Notes under the pieces: model-generated
Told to the model about the DNA's origin: nothing
What the model saw: only the letters and a program-made list of their open reading frames with translations
Databases searched by the model: none
DNA from: Mobula hypostoma
Lineage: Eukaryota
Direction of reading: 5' to 3'
Length of the DNA stretch: 64,000 nucleotides
Assembly (NCBI RefSeq): GCF_963921235.1
Contig: NC_086097.1
Span: 175,834,001 to 175,898,000 of the forward strand
Part shown: positions 24,018 through 37,642 of the stretch, piece by piece
Numbering within the stretch: position 1 is the stretch's first letter
Layout: each line of letters opens with the position of its first letter
Position numbers and translations under genes: made by a program

Positions 24018-26815
24018 GTATCTTCTGACAATGGAAAAGGGAGAAGAGAGAATATGCAGTACAGGACCGATCTTGAATTGTGTTGGCTGCTTTAATGATG
24101 CAGTGACAAGTCTGGACAGAAGTCTCATGGAGGGAAGACTGATTTATATGACGACTTGTGCTGTGTCCACATTATATCTTTGGTTGATTATAGGTTAATC
24201 AACCATAAAGTCAGAATCACAGAAACAGGTACTTAAGCCAATCTAGTCCATGCCAAACTGTTATTTTGCGTAGTCCATTCAACCTGCATCTGGACCATCG
24301 TTCTCCATTCCCCTCCCATCCATGTACTTAACCAAATTTCTCTTAAAAGTTGTAATTGAACTTGCGTCCACCACTTCTGCTGGCAGTTCATTCCACACTC
24401 GCACCACCCTCTCTGTAAAGTGTTCTCCCTTAGGTTCCCCTTAAACATTTCACCTTTCAGCCTTAACCTATGACCTCTATTTCTAGTTTCTCCCACCCTC
24501 TGTGGGAAAACCACGTTAGCATTTACCCTATTTATCCCCCTCATAATTTTGTATACCTCTGTCAAATCTCTCCTCATTCTCTTACACTCTAGGAAGTAAA
24601 ATCCAAACCAATTCAACCATTCCCTATAACTCAAGTCCTGGCCATATCCTTGTAAATTTTCTCTGCATTCTTTCAATATTATTGGCATCTTTCCTGATTC
24701 TTAGAATCAGGTTTAATATTACTGGCATAGGTCATGTAATTTGTTATCTTTGCGACAGTAGTACAATGCAAAACATGATAATATAGGGAAGTAAACCAAT
24801 TACAGTAATTATATATGTGTATTAAATAGTTAAAATAAAAATAGTGCAAAAACAGAAATAATATAAAAAGAAGTGAGGTAGTGTTCATGGGCTTAACGTC
24901 CATTTAGGAATTGGATGGCAGAGGAGAAGAAGCTGTTCCTGAATCACTGAGCGTGTGCCTTCAGGCTTTTGTACCTCCTTCCTGATGGTAACAATGAGAA
25001 GAGGGCATGTCCTGGGTGTTGGGTTTCTAAATAATGCTCGCCACCTTTCTGAGGCACCGCTCCTTAAAGATGAATGGGATATTATGGAGGCTAGTACCCA
25101 AGATAGAGCTGACTAATTTTACAGCCTTCTGTGGTTTCTTCCGGTCCTGTGCAGTAGCCCCACCGACCCCATATCAGAGAGTGATGCAGCCGGTCAGAAT
25201 GCTCTCAATGGTACATCTATAGAAGTTTTCAAGTGTTTTAGGTGAAAAACTAAATCTCCTCAAACCCCCAATGAAATATTGCTAATGTCTTGCCTTCTTT
25301 ATAGCTGCATTGATATATTGTGTCCAGGTTAGATTCTCAGAGACCTTGACTCCCAGGAAATTGCTCACTATCTCCACCTCTGATCCCTGTATGAGGAGTG
25401 GTTTGTGCTCCCTCATCCTACCCTTTGTGAAGTCCACAATCAGCTCCTTGGTCTTACTGATGTTGAGTGCCAGGTGCTGCAACACCACTCAACTAGCTGG
25501 TATATCTCACTCCTGTACACACTCTCATCTCCACTGGAGATTATGACTGGGGTTTTGCCCTGATTCGATGGTATGAGCTATAAGAAAAGGTTGGACAAGC
25601 TGGGGTTGTTTACTCTGGAGTTTTGGAGTCTGAGGAGAGACCATGCAGAAACTCTGGGAAGGATGGGAGGGGAAACCAGGCAGAAGTCCTGACAGAGATT
25701 TATAAAACTATGAGAGGCATAGTTACAGTAGACAGAATCATTTTTGAAGGGTCAAATCATCACATACTACAGGGCATGCATTTAAGGTGAGAGGGAGAAA
25801 GTTTAAAGGAGATATGTAGGGCAACTTATTTTACACAGAGTGGTGGTGTCCACAACATGCTGCCAGGGATGTTTGTGGAAACAGACACAGTCATGGTGTT
25901 TAGAGGCTGTTAGATACATGAGTAGTATAGTGCAAAACATGAAAACAGGTAGGGAATGGAGGGATAGGGATCATGTGCAGGTAGAAGTGAATTTGTTTAA
26001 TTCAGGGCCACGACCAGCAAGGACAATGAGGGCCGAGGGCCTATTGCTCTGCTGTACTCTTCTATGTTCCGTGTTGTATCTGATTCACTGAAATCCCTCG
26101 GCAAAAGAAATCCGTTCATCTTATCTGCCCTTAGCTGCTTGGGCCTAAGTGTGACTCCCAATCAACCAGGGTGGTTGCCTCTTAACCTGCCTCTGAGGCA
26201 GACACACAGTGGGATGTCCAAGTCTAGCCCATCTCCTGACACTAATCTGGGGACAAAGAATGATCTAATGGAGGAACACAGTGGTGGGGGCGGGGGGCGA
26301 AAACGAACTGTTGGCATTTCAGGTTGAGGTACTTCACAGATTCAGGGGCAGCTGATGCTTGGGGAGATGGGGTGGTGGTAATCACATGTTGGTGATAAAA
26401 CACAGAAAATAAAATCAGGACAGCACAGGAAAAGGACCTTCAGGCTGTGGCATTGTGTTGAATTAATTAAACATCCAACTAAACTAATCTCTTCTACCTA
26501 GAAAATATTCATATCCCTCCATTCTCTGCACATTCATGTGCCTTTCAAACACCCCTTTTGTATCTGCCTCCAACACCACCCCCTGACAGCACATTCCAGA
26601 CATTCACTTGCCTTGCACGTTTCCTTTGAAATTACCCCCTCTCACCCTAAATGCATGCTTTCTAGTATTAGACATTTCAACCCTGGAAAGTATTTACTGT
26701 ATGTCTAGCTGATCCAAGTCCCTTAAAACCATATTAGCTTCTATCAGGTCTCCACAGATCCAGAGAAAACAATCCAATATTTCCAAGTCCTCCTTACAGC
26801 ACACGTCCTCTAATC

Positions 26816-27949
26816 CAGCGGTCCCCAACCACCGGGCTGCGGACCGGTACCGGGCCGCAAGGAAACCTTTCCTCATTCCCTGTCACGCACTGTTGAGCCA
26901 TTACGCATGAGAGGTCATTACCCGCGCGTCATCCATGTCAGCGCAGGAAGGAGATCAACTCCTCGAGCTTGCAAATGACGGCGTGCTGAAAAGTTTGTTT
27001 GACATAACATCTCTGACGGTATTCTGGATCAAAGTCAAGACTAAATATCCTGAGATAGCCACGGAAGAACTGTAAACGTTGCTTCCATTTCCAACATTTT
27101 TCTGCGAAGCTGAGTTTTCTGCAATGAATGCAACGAAAACTAAATTGTGGAATAGACTGGACATAAGGAACCCCCTTCAAATATCGCTGTCTCCCATCAC
27201 CCCTCAATGGTACCGTCTTGTTGCGGGGAAACAAGCCCAGGGCTCCCACTGATTCAGTGATACTGGTGTGTTGCAATGATTTTATACGTTCATACGGGGA
27301 AAATATGTGCTGTGTGTTTAATATCCAAACGTTACTTAAAATGTTATGATGCTATTGACTTATAAGTGACTTATATAAACATATAACAATTACAGCACGG
27401 AAACAGGCCATCTCTGCCCTTCTAGTCCGTGCTGAACGCTACTCTCACCTCGTCCCACCGACCTGCACTCAGCCCATAACTCTCCATTCCTTTCCTGTCC
27501 ATATACCTATCCAATTTTTCTTTAAATGGTAATATCGAACCTGCCTCTGCCACTTCTACTGGAAGTTCGTTCAACACTTACTTCAAGCTCCCCTGATAAT
27601 TGTCTTATCTCTATATTCATGCGAGGAAAATATTGCTGTGTGTTTAATATTAAATTCATTAGATAAACCCTTTTAGCAAGGAAATTGAGTGTATTAGCCA
27701 CATATTATCTATATTCTGGTCGTGATTAACACCCCACCCCCCCAAACAGAATCGGCACAAACGATTTGTACAGAAAAAAAAATCATTGGCAGGTACACCC
27801 ATGCGCACTGGTGCCCGCGCAAGGCTTCATGGTCATTGTAGTCTTTCTCTGGGTAAACTGCTACTCTTGTCCATTGGCAACCCTACCCCCCCAGCCCCCC
27901 TCCCCCCGGGTCGGCCGGTCTGCAGTGCAAAAAAGGTTGGGGACCCCTG
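26816..27949 (+). mobile_element. Non-autonomous hAT Charlie/Buster-type element
   Basis: TIRs cagcggtccccaacc / cagggg tccccaacc; 8-bp TSD ctctaatc vs ctgtaatc with central TA; transposase C-terminal remnant FWIKVKTKYPEIA...LLPFPT...KTKLWNRLD...KQAQGSH*. Carries an antisense CR1 3' piece (~27385-27570). Confidence 0.9.
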
Positions 27950-28401
27950 CTGTAATCCTACCCCTTCTGCACTGTCTCCAGAGCCTCAACATCCTTCTTA
28001 TTATGGGGCATCGAATCATTTCAAATAACTTCAGCTTTCTTCTTGATGTTTCAAAAACCTTTATTATTCCTTGCCTCTCAATCCACACCATGGCTTGGGA
28101 ATTGATTTCCTATCGGTCTGGAATTTTGTTTTAAAGATTAACTAAGGAAAAACCACAGATTGTGTAAGTGCAATGCACTTTGAGGTGCAAATCTGATTAA
28201 AACAATACAGGGGCCTCAGTTTGAAACTACTACCATCATGTCTTTTTTGCAGATTGTGTGCTTAAGACTGAGCAATCGATGGATTGGGTAAAGTGGACTT
28301 CAAACTATCTCTGCATTAAAAAAAACACCAACGAACAAGTAAAACCATGAGGTAAGGATGTTTGCAGCACTGACTTACTAAGGCCAATCTCCACCTAAGA
28401 T

Positions 28402-28609
28402 AGCAGACACGAGGAAGTCTGCGGATGCTGGGAATTCAAGCAACTCACACAAAAATTGCTGGTTTTCTCCCCCTCCTCCTTTCAAATCTCTTAGTATCTC
28501 TTCTTTCAGTTAGTCCTGACGAAGAACCTTGGCCTGAAACGTCGACTGTACCTCTTCCTATAGATGCTGCCTGGCCTGCTGCGTTCACCAACATTTTCTG
28601 TGTGTGTTG
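28402..28609 (+). mobile_element. 208-bp Penelope-derived insert with inverted terminal segment and hammerhead motif
   Basis: 13-bp direct repeat ctccacctaagat at 28389-28401 and 28610-28622. Segment 28440-28463 is an inverted copy of 28587-28610. Contains agtc-c-tgacga...gaaacgtc-gact. Confidence 0.8.
28512..28547 (+). ncRNA. Minimal type I hammerhead ribozyme-like motif (probably impaired)
   Basis: CUGACGA (28516-22) and GAAA (28536-39) cores, palindromic ACGU stem III, GUC cleavage triplet (28541-43), stem I agtc/gact. Stem II is poorly paired in this copy. Confidence 0.6.
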
Positions 28610-28745
28610 CTCCACCTAAGATGGTGGGACTAGACATAGAAACAGAACACTACAGCACTGAACAGGCCATTCAGACCATGTTGTTTTGCTGATCTTGATT
28701 CCCATTTATACTGTGTCCCCTGCCTGTCTTTCATCCTTATTATCC

Positions 28746-28748
<3 letters not shown>

Positions 28749-28802
<54 letters not shown>

Positions 28803-28808
28803 ACACAC
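28749..28808. repeat. Compound (GT)n(GC)n(AC)n microsatellite
   Basis: Directly visible alternating purine-pyrimidine run. Confidence 0.95.
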
Positions 28809-31357
28809 GGCATCTTAAATTCTACCAAACTACTTCACCAAGTAATCCATCCCAGGCATTAACCACTGTGTAAAAAAATCTTGCCCCTCACATCGCTTTT
28901 AAATATCTCCCCACCCCACCCCATGTTTAAAAGCATCCACTCTGGTGTTTGACATTTTGACCTTGGTGCGGGGTGGTGGGCGGAATACTAAAGTTGTGTT
29001 TATTGCCATCTGCACAAGTACGCGTGCGCACAGCTACAGCAACAAACTTATTTGCAGCAGCACCACCACAGGCACACAGCGTCAGAAAAGCAGCATTCAC
29101 AAAAAATATTTTATACACATCTTAAAAGGTTTACTAGGATGTTGTCTAGATGAGAGTGTATTACCAATAGAGAGTTTGGAAAAGTTGGCTTGCTTTCTCC
29201 GAGCATCAGAGGGGAGTGATCTGATAAATATTTATAAAATTAAGAGAGGCAAAGATAGGGAAGTCAGAGTCTATTCCCCCAGGGTGGAAATGTCAAATAC
29301 TAGAGGGCAGAACTTTAAAGTGAAAGTGGAAAGTTTACAGTAAACTAAAAAGGCCAGTTTTCTTTACACGGAGAGTAGTAGGTGCCCAGAACATGATGCC
29401 TGAGTAAGTGGTGGAAGCAGATGGACAACAATGTTTTTAGAGTCAGACATAAGAACAGGCAGGGAATAGAAGAACACAGACATGTGCAGGCAGACATGCA
29501 ATTTAAATTACTTTCATGGTTGGCATAGGAACTGTGGGCTGAAGGTCTGTTCCTGTGCTGTATTGGTATACAGTATGTTCTAAGATCACAACATGGATGG
29601 TACCACAAAGAGGAGAAAATCTGCAGATGCTGGATGGTATCACTAGATCTTTGCCTCACACAGACAGTCTGTGGTTCAGAACCATATGGGAGGCTAACAT
29701 CTTTTAAACTACTTATACAGGTACAACTCTTTAATTTTATAGAAATCCATATGAACTTATGTAAAATTGGAAGTACTGTAATATTCTTTACTGTTTAAGT
29801 TGTTAAGAGTCTTCATCACCAAGGACCCTCACCACCTGCGATAGGGCCTCTTCTCATTACTATCATCAGGGAGGAGCTCCAGGAGCCTGAAGGCACACAC
29901 TCAACATTTTAAGAATTTTCTTCCCACATGCCATCAGATTTCTGAACCTGTGAACACTACCTCACTTCCTCTTTTGTACTATCTATTAATCTATCTATTC
30001 AATTGCTTATTGTAACTAACAGTAATTTTTATGTCTTGCACTGTACTACTGCCACTAAACATTTTTTGACATAGGTCATTGATAATAAACCTGATTCAAA
30101 TTCTGAGCTAGGAGCAAGAGTGTGTCATCTGGTTCATGGATCCTGTTCTGCCATTAGTTATATCAGAGCTGAGTTTAGCTCTTCTTTATTTGATTACTAC
30201 TATTTTGTTTATGTCTTAAACTCTGCAGGTCCTCACTGGGTTACTGACACTCTGCATGTATGAGCGAGTGTTTGGGAGACCGGCTGCATGGATGGGGACA
30301 GATTTACCAGTTGCTGTGGGGCTGCAAGCATCTTCTGCTGGGTAGAAATGTGCATTTCCCTCTGCCTCCTCTCCCCACCAACATCCTGAACCACAACAGT
30401 TGGTGTCTGGATGGAACGAAGCTGAGACGGGATCAGTGAGGCTGGCTGTTGTCCCCTCTTCCCACGCCTGCTTGCTCTTCCGTCACCACCATGTGTGTGA
30501 ACCCCTCACACACAGTGTTGTTTATTTTTTGGTTGACGTGGGCCATTTGGGCCAAAGAACCTGCTTCCCTGCTCTTCGATTTGTTTTCTTTCCTAGAATT
30601 GAGAAATCAGGAACTACAGAGCACACATTTGGGTGAGTGTGGACAGATTTATTGAGAACCTGAGAGGCAACTGTTTCAACCAGAGGGTGGTCAGTAAATG
30701 GAATGAGTTGCCAGAGGAAGTGGTTGAGGCAAGTACATTCACAACAGTTAAAAGGTACTTGCATAAACACATGGATAGGAAAAGTCAGAGGATTATGGGC
30801 TAAATGCAGGCAAAGAGGACTAAAGAAATGACTCAACTCTGTTTAGCTTGGCAATCATTCAGAGACTCTCCCACCTCCATCCTTGCTTGTCAAAAGTCCA
30901 TCTTTGAATCAACCTGCACAACGCTCTTCAGCACCTCATTATAGGAAGACTATGACCACTTTGTACTACAATGGACTCTTCCCCGCCGCCCGCCCCCAAC
31001 TAGCTACCTACCCTGCCAATGCTTCTCATAGTTTCATAAACTTCTATCAGGTCTCCCTTCAGCCTTCACCGCTCCAGAGAAAAGATTTACTTATAGCTCA
31101 CACTCTCTAATCCAGGCAGCATCCTTCTGCACCTTCTCCAAAGCCTTCATTGTAATGGGGTGACCAAAACTGTACACAATGCTTCAAGCACAGTCTGGTA
31201 GAGTCTCATATTGTTGCAATGTGACTTCCTGATGCATGTATTCATGTCCCAAGCAGTGAAGGCAAGTAAAGTCAAAGTCAATTTTATTGTTATATGTATG
31301 AGTGCAATGAAAAACTTCCTTAGACCAGCATCACAGGCACATATTATCATACAAATA

Positions 31358-31588
31358 GGGGGAGGGAATGTCGACTCAGACCATGAGAGGCCTGCATCGG
31401 GCATTGTCATGCCTTACAAGGCGCAGATTGGAAGTCTATGTGGGGCACCACTCCTCACACAGACTAGAGCAATGTGTGATTAAGTGCCTTGCTCAAGGGC
31501 ACAAACACCCTGCCACAGCTGAGGCTCGAACTAGCGACCTTGAGATAGCTAGATGAATGTCTTAACCACTTGGCCACGTGCCCTACAC
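31358..31588 (-). mobile_element. tRNA-head SINE inserted in an older LINE fragment
   Basis: Minus strand gggcacgtggccaagtggttaag (A box), gttcgag (B box), then CORE-like gtgcccttgagcaaggcacttaa. Imperfect TSD tatcatacaaata / tagcatacaagta. Confidence 0.65.
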
Positions 31589-34342
31589 TAGCATACAAGT
31601 AGTATTCACAGAAAAACATTAATTAAATGCAAATTATACATATTTTTACAAGAAAGGGCACAATTAAAATAAAGTCCACATTAGTACAAAGTGGGCAAAA
31701 TAATCATGGCATTGCTGAGATAGTGATTAGGGTTTTGCTAGTTAGTTCAAGAATCACTTTCTGTACCTCCTACCCGATTGTAACTTACGAGAGGATGGCA
31801 TGGCCTGGATGGTGGGGTTCTTTAATGATGGATGTTGCCTTTTGAATCAGTGCCTCATGTGAATACTACCAATAGTGGGGAGAGTCATGCCCTTGATGAT
31901 TGCAGAGAGTCTACTACTCTCCTGCATATTCAAGTTGCAACTAATGAGAATACTTTCACAGGTTCTCTTTAGAAATTTGTTTGAACATTCAGTGATGAGC
32001 TGAAACTCCTTAACTTTCTATGAAAGTAGCCACTGGTGCATTTCCATTGTGATCACCATGTACTGGGCCCAGGACAGATCATCTGATATGTTACCAATCA
32101 GGGATTTAAGTGTGGTACATCTTTACCACTCTATCCATTTCTGTGAAAAGAGGACTTGTACCCCAAGATCCTTCTGTACACCATTGCCAAGAATATCTAT
32201 TGTATACTTCCTGATTCTTGAACTGTCCACAAACACTACCTTGCTATTCCTATTTTGCAGTATTTATTTTGTGTCATTTATTTATTTTTATGTCTTGCGT
32301 TGTATTGCTGCTGCAAAGCAACAAATTTCATGACGTGTGTCGGTGATAATAAAACTGATTCAAGGTAACTTCTCTCCTGATAACAAATAATTACAGAAAT
32401 GTGGGTGTGGGTGGAGACCTTGGATACATTCTTAAGTCATGAAGTGTTTTTTTTACACTTATCTCTTCGCTGCTCTAAAGTTGATAATCCCAGCTGTCCT
32501 ATACCAACTATTGCTCAATTAAACACAAATTGGCCCAACAGCAAACACATTCCTGAGCTGATTGCTGAGTAAGTAGTTAACTCAGTCCAATTCTAGACCT
32601 GTCCAGGACTCCCCAGGATCCAGTCTTCAGGATACCACTCCTAATATCAGCCAGGGTGCCATCACTGATGTAATCAGCATTTATTGCCCATAGAAGGTCA
32701 GGGTGAGCCCCCTACTTGAGCTGCTCTGGTCCTTTTGATGAAGGTTCTTCCACAGTGGTGTTGGAGTGGGACTATCGGGATTTGGACCTAATGACAATGA
32801 AGGTCTGGTAATATATTTCCAAGTTGGGGTGGTGTGTGACTTGGAGGGGAACCAGCAAATTGTGGTGCTCCTGCCCTTATCCTCTATAGGGTAGAAATAG
32901 TGGGACTAGGAGATTCTATCAGAGGTCTGAGTGAATACTTGCAGTGCATTTGAAAATGGTGTCCAATGCAGCCACTGTATGTGGGGGCTGCATAGAACAG
33001 CATCGCACAGGATTGGCCCTTCAGCCACGATGTTGTCCTGATCTACTCTACGATCAGTCTAGCGCTCTGTCCTACACAGCCCATAACCCTCCATTTTTCT
33101 TTCACCCATGTGCCTATCTATGTCACTCTGAAATGCCCCTAACACATCAGCCTCTACCACCACCCTCAGCAGTGCGTTCCAACCACCCACGACTCTCTGA
33201 CATCTCCCCTAAATTTCTCTCCATTCACTTTAAATGGATGTCCTCTGGTATTAGCTGCCTGAGAAAAAGGCACTGGTTGCCCACTCAATCTATACCTCTC
33301 ATAATGGTATACACCTCAGTCGAGTTGCTCAACCTTTCCTCATAAAACATGCTTTTCAATCCAGGCTGCATCCTGGTAAATCTCCTCTGCACCCTCTCCT
33401 GAACTTCCTCATCCTTCCCATGATGAGATGGCCAGAATTGAACTCAATACTCCAAATGTGGTGTATAGAGCTGCAACCTTATCTTGTGGCTCTTGAATTC
33501 AGTTCCTTGACTAATGAAGGCCAACACACAAAATGCATTCTTACCCACCCTATCAACTTGTGTGGCAACTTTGAGGGATCCCAAGATTCTTTTGTTCCTC
33601 CACACTCAGAAACCCACCGTTAGTCTTGTGCTTTACCTATAGGTTATGGATGGAATGAATAGTTAAGGGGGTTGGAAGAAATGCCAATCAAATGGTTTCA
33701 ATGAGATCCCCCGTCATTCTTCTAAACTCCAGCGAGTACAGGCTTCTCATACATTAACCCTTTCGTTCCTGGGATCATTCTCATAAACCTCCTCTGGACC
33801 CTCTCGAACACCAGCACATCCTTTCTTAGATAAGGGGCCCAACACTGCCCACACTGGTCCAAGTGTGGTCTGATAAAGAACCTTCGAGAGAAACTACATC
33901 TTAATATCTTCCTTGTGAAGTCTCTTCCAACAGCATTTGCTTCATAAACTTGCCTTTCCTTCTTCTAAACTTAAGTGACCAAAATCACACACAGTTTGAA
34001 TGTTCCTTGCAAGACAACCCGTTCTTCTCTGAAATCAGTCCTGGGTAATACTCTTCCACAACTGAAGTATGGTGAGCTCCACATCTAAGAAAGTATGCAC
34101 TTGCTATTGTGTGACTGAAGTGAAGCCCAACGCCTAGGTTGGCAGGAATATTCTGTGATGGTCAATTATCCTGCATCCATAGAACAATGTACAATGTAGG
34201 GACAGGCCCTTCAACTCAATGTCTGCATCCAACACAATACTGAATGAAATTACATTTTTATGGCTGTATGGGATACATATCACTCTGTTTCTTGCATATT
34301 CATGTGTCCATCTATCAGTCACTTAAAAACCATCGTCATTGG

Positions 34343-35361
34343 TGTCACGTACCCCGTGACGGGGGTTAAGAAACCAGCGGAGATGGAAAATACTTTGGAG
34401 TCTTGTATTGCTATAAACTACTGGTATTTATTAGTAACTACCCAATACAGTAATATAAATGTAAATAGATCAAACAGGTTAGCAATGATTATATATAAAA
34501 GTGTGGAATATATATAATGTATGAAAAAACCAAGCTTCTTTAAGTCTAGGGGTAAAAAGATAGTCTTACAATGTTGAGTAAAGTTCAGTTCAGTTCAGTT
34601 CATGGTCTTTAGTTGAGTAGTGATGGAGAGAGAGAGAGAGAGTGAGAGAGAGAGAAAGAGAGTGATTTCAGTCTTCAGGTGAGCTGATGCTGCCGATCTT
34701 CTCGTCATCCTCCAAAATCCTTTACAAGTCACCGACTGTGAATTTAACCGGGGGACTGGTCTTCTGTGGTGGAGCTATCAGCCAGGTGAGGGTGGACACA
34801 TAGACAATTCCCCACCAGTCAAACCCTTCTTCACCGATGGAATAGCAATTTGGATCAATCCGCCTGATCGATCCCCCGAAACCCACTTTCCCTGCGGGCA
34901 CAACTATGCTCATTCAGTGTCCAGATCATGTGTCCTGAGGTCTGTATCATCTGACCTCCCATTCATTTCACCAGGCTGAGCATCACCTGTCACTCAAAGA
35001 GTCCCTCCCTCCTTTGTCTGTAAAGGAGTGCACAAGCAGGCAACCTGTCCTTGGAAGTAACATCAACAACCTGCTGAAAATCATAACATCGAGTGTCCAT
35101 TAATTAACACTGCCTTTGGTCACCCATAGCAACCTTCGAGCTGCTCAGTGCTGTCTCCAACTCCAAACTCAGTAAAAATCCAAAGTTACTTCCAATGCCT
35201 TAAAATGACAGTCCACTGTTAATCTTCGTCTCTCTCTCTCTTTTCCAAAAGCAACATATCGGTGGTAAATACCTCTGCCTCTCTCTCCTTTCCAAACAAA
35301 CCATCAATGATAAATGTCTCTCTCCAAACAGTTAATAGGGGCACTCCTGGATCCCCTCACA
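34343..35361 (-). repeat. 3' LTR (1019 bp)
   Basis: tgtcacgtacccc...cccctcaca, adjacent to the PPT and homologous to 41516-46906. Confidence 0.93.
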
Positions 35362-35501
35362 CTTCCCTTCCTCAGGGAAAAAAAAATTGTCAAAGACGTT
35401 TTTTTTAAAATGTCCATCACAGAGTTTTAAACAATACAGGGAAAAAAGCATCAGATGACAAAGCAAAAATGGTTACAGTTTTCATCTTAACATCGGGATA
35501 A

Positions 35502-36620
35502 CTAATCAGCTATAACATTGTCAGTACCTTTCACATGTTTGATTTTTAAGTCACCTTCCTGCAATACTAGGCTCCAATTTAACAACCTTCTATTCTTATC
35601 CTTCATTTTATTTAGAAACACCAACTGATTATAACCCATGTAAACCACAAGTGGTCTCTGAGCAACAGAAAGGTTTTGAGGTCTCTGATCATAGGCCTCA
35701 AAATATTGTAAAGCCAGAATAAGTGCTAGCAATTCCTTTTCAACAGTTGAATAATTTTTCTGGTGTACATTAAAGTTCTTTGAGAAATAAGCTACTGGAT
35801 ATTCAATGTCATCCACTCCCTTCTGTAACAGTACTGCCCCAGCAGCTTCGTCACTAACACCGGTTGTTATAGAAAATGGCTTTGGAAAGACAGGTGCTTT
35901 GAGCACAGGATGATAACAGGATAGTTTTCAAACATTCAAACGCCTCCTGGCAAAGGTCACTCCCTGCAAACCTTTCACTCTTCCCTAGGAGCTTTGTTAG
36001 GGGGAGAGCGATGTCAGCAAAGTTCTTCCATAATTTTCTATAATACCCAACCATTCCTAAAACCCTTCTTAAAGCTTTGTTGTCGGTCAGAACAGGAACT
36101 TCAGCAATAGCCTGAGCCTTGGCCACTACAGGAGCCAGCTGACCTTGGCCCACCACATAACCCAGAGATGTGACTGTAGCATGGCCAAAGTCACTTTTAG
36201 CTAGCTTCACAGTAAGATTGGCCTTGGAAGGTCTGTCAAACCGTTTCTCTACAACTGCAGTATGTTCTTCCCAAGTGTCATTCCGGACCACTAAGTCATT
36301 GATATGAACCCCTGTGCTTTCTAATCCTCCAATCACAGAATTGATTATTCTTTGAAATGTTTCTAGAGGATTCTTCATCCCGAAGTGTAAAACATTGTAT
36401 TCATACAGTCTAGATGGTGTCACAAATGTTGATATCTCTTTAACCCTCTCTGTTAAAGGAACACCCCAGTATCCTTTTAACAAGTCAATCTTAATAAGGT
36501 ATTTAGCCTTCCCCACTCCATCAATACAGTTATCCATTCTCTTTCTTCGTTCTTTCTTGTTTCTAATTTCTTCTTCAACTATTTTACTTTTCTCAAAGTT
36601 CACTCTGTGAAGATGCCATT
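35502..36620 (-). pseudogene. Gypsy RT-RNase H remnant
   Basis: KIDLLKGYWGVPL, FGMKNPLETFQR, degenerate catalytic motif (VHINDL), GMVGYYRK, YPVAYFSK...NYSTVEKELLA. Frameshift near 35880. Confidence 0.9.
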
Positions 36621-37051
36621 TCATAGGCTGGACTAAATTCATAATGTTGTCATTCACTGCAGCTGTGCACCCTTTCAAAACACCAATTAGTCCTTTTACT
36701 TGTTTTTTCGGCTTTGGGTCCAACTGATGGACCTTGTCAGTAATATTTTTGAAAACAATGGACTTCTGACAACTTGGTGAGTCTAGATTCAGTGAGAAAA
36801 CATGTTTTTCCATTCCATTATCAGATTTCACTACTCCATTTTGTACTCCAATAATCCTCACAGCTGCAATTTCAACAAACAAGTGTCTTATTTTGACTCG
36901 ACCATTTTGTAAACTTTCCTTAGCAAAGTCACAAAGCTTACTAAATCCCTTCCAAAGTTCTTTGAGTAGGGTCAAAGGTCCTTTTGGCCTGTAACTGAAC
37001 ACAAGTTCCAACAAACTACCCTTCACTGCCTTCTGAATCGAATCTCCAACA

Positions 37052-37642
37052 CTAAATAAGAAGAGGGAAACCTCCTCGTTCCCATTTTTCCTCATTTCTC
37101 ACACAATGTGCTTTAATCATGGTCTTAAGAGTTGAGGTGAGCTGTTCCAAGGCTCCCTTGGTCTCTGTGTGATATGTAAATGACACCATGTGTTTAGCTT
37201 CTAATTCTCTAGCTATCCCCTGGAATGTTCTCGAAGTAAAGTTATTACCCTGGTCAAATTGAATTTCTTTGGGCAGACCTACCAGTGTGTAAAACTTACT
37301 GTATGCTGTTACCACAATCTTGGTCTCAATGTTTTCAAAAGACTCTGCTTCAGGGGACCTAGACACAGCACACACAATTGTTAACACATACTGATAACCA
37401 GCTGCAGTCTTTTGCCATGGGCCCACACAATTCACTACATCATTCCTTAAACTAGGCCAGTAAAATTCCTTCACAATCCTATTCACTGTCTCTCTCACTC
37501 CATGATGTCCACCTAAAGGCATACTGTAAGCCATGTTTAAAATTTCAGCCTTGTAACCTTTCAAAACCACCACGTGACTTGCAGGCACTGTGGCTGGTCT
37601 CCACTTCCTCATCAACACCCCATCTTTAAGGTAACATCCCAC
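37052..37642 (-). pseudogene. Gypsy integrase remnant, located upstream of RT
   Basis: GGHHGVRET...FYWPSLRNDV (zinc-binding region), GYQYVLTIVC, GLPKEIQFDQGNNFTS, YHTETKGALEQ. Confidence 0.88.

Noticed and set aside
31510..31583. Possible tRNA gene
   Set aside because: A and B boxes are present, but the sequence continues into a SINE body with TSDs and does not give a convincing cloverleaf.
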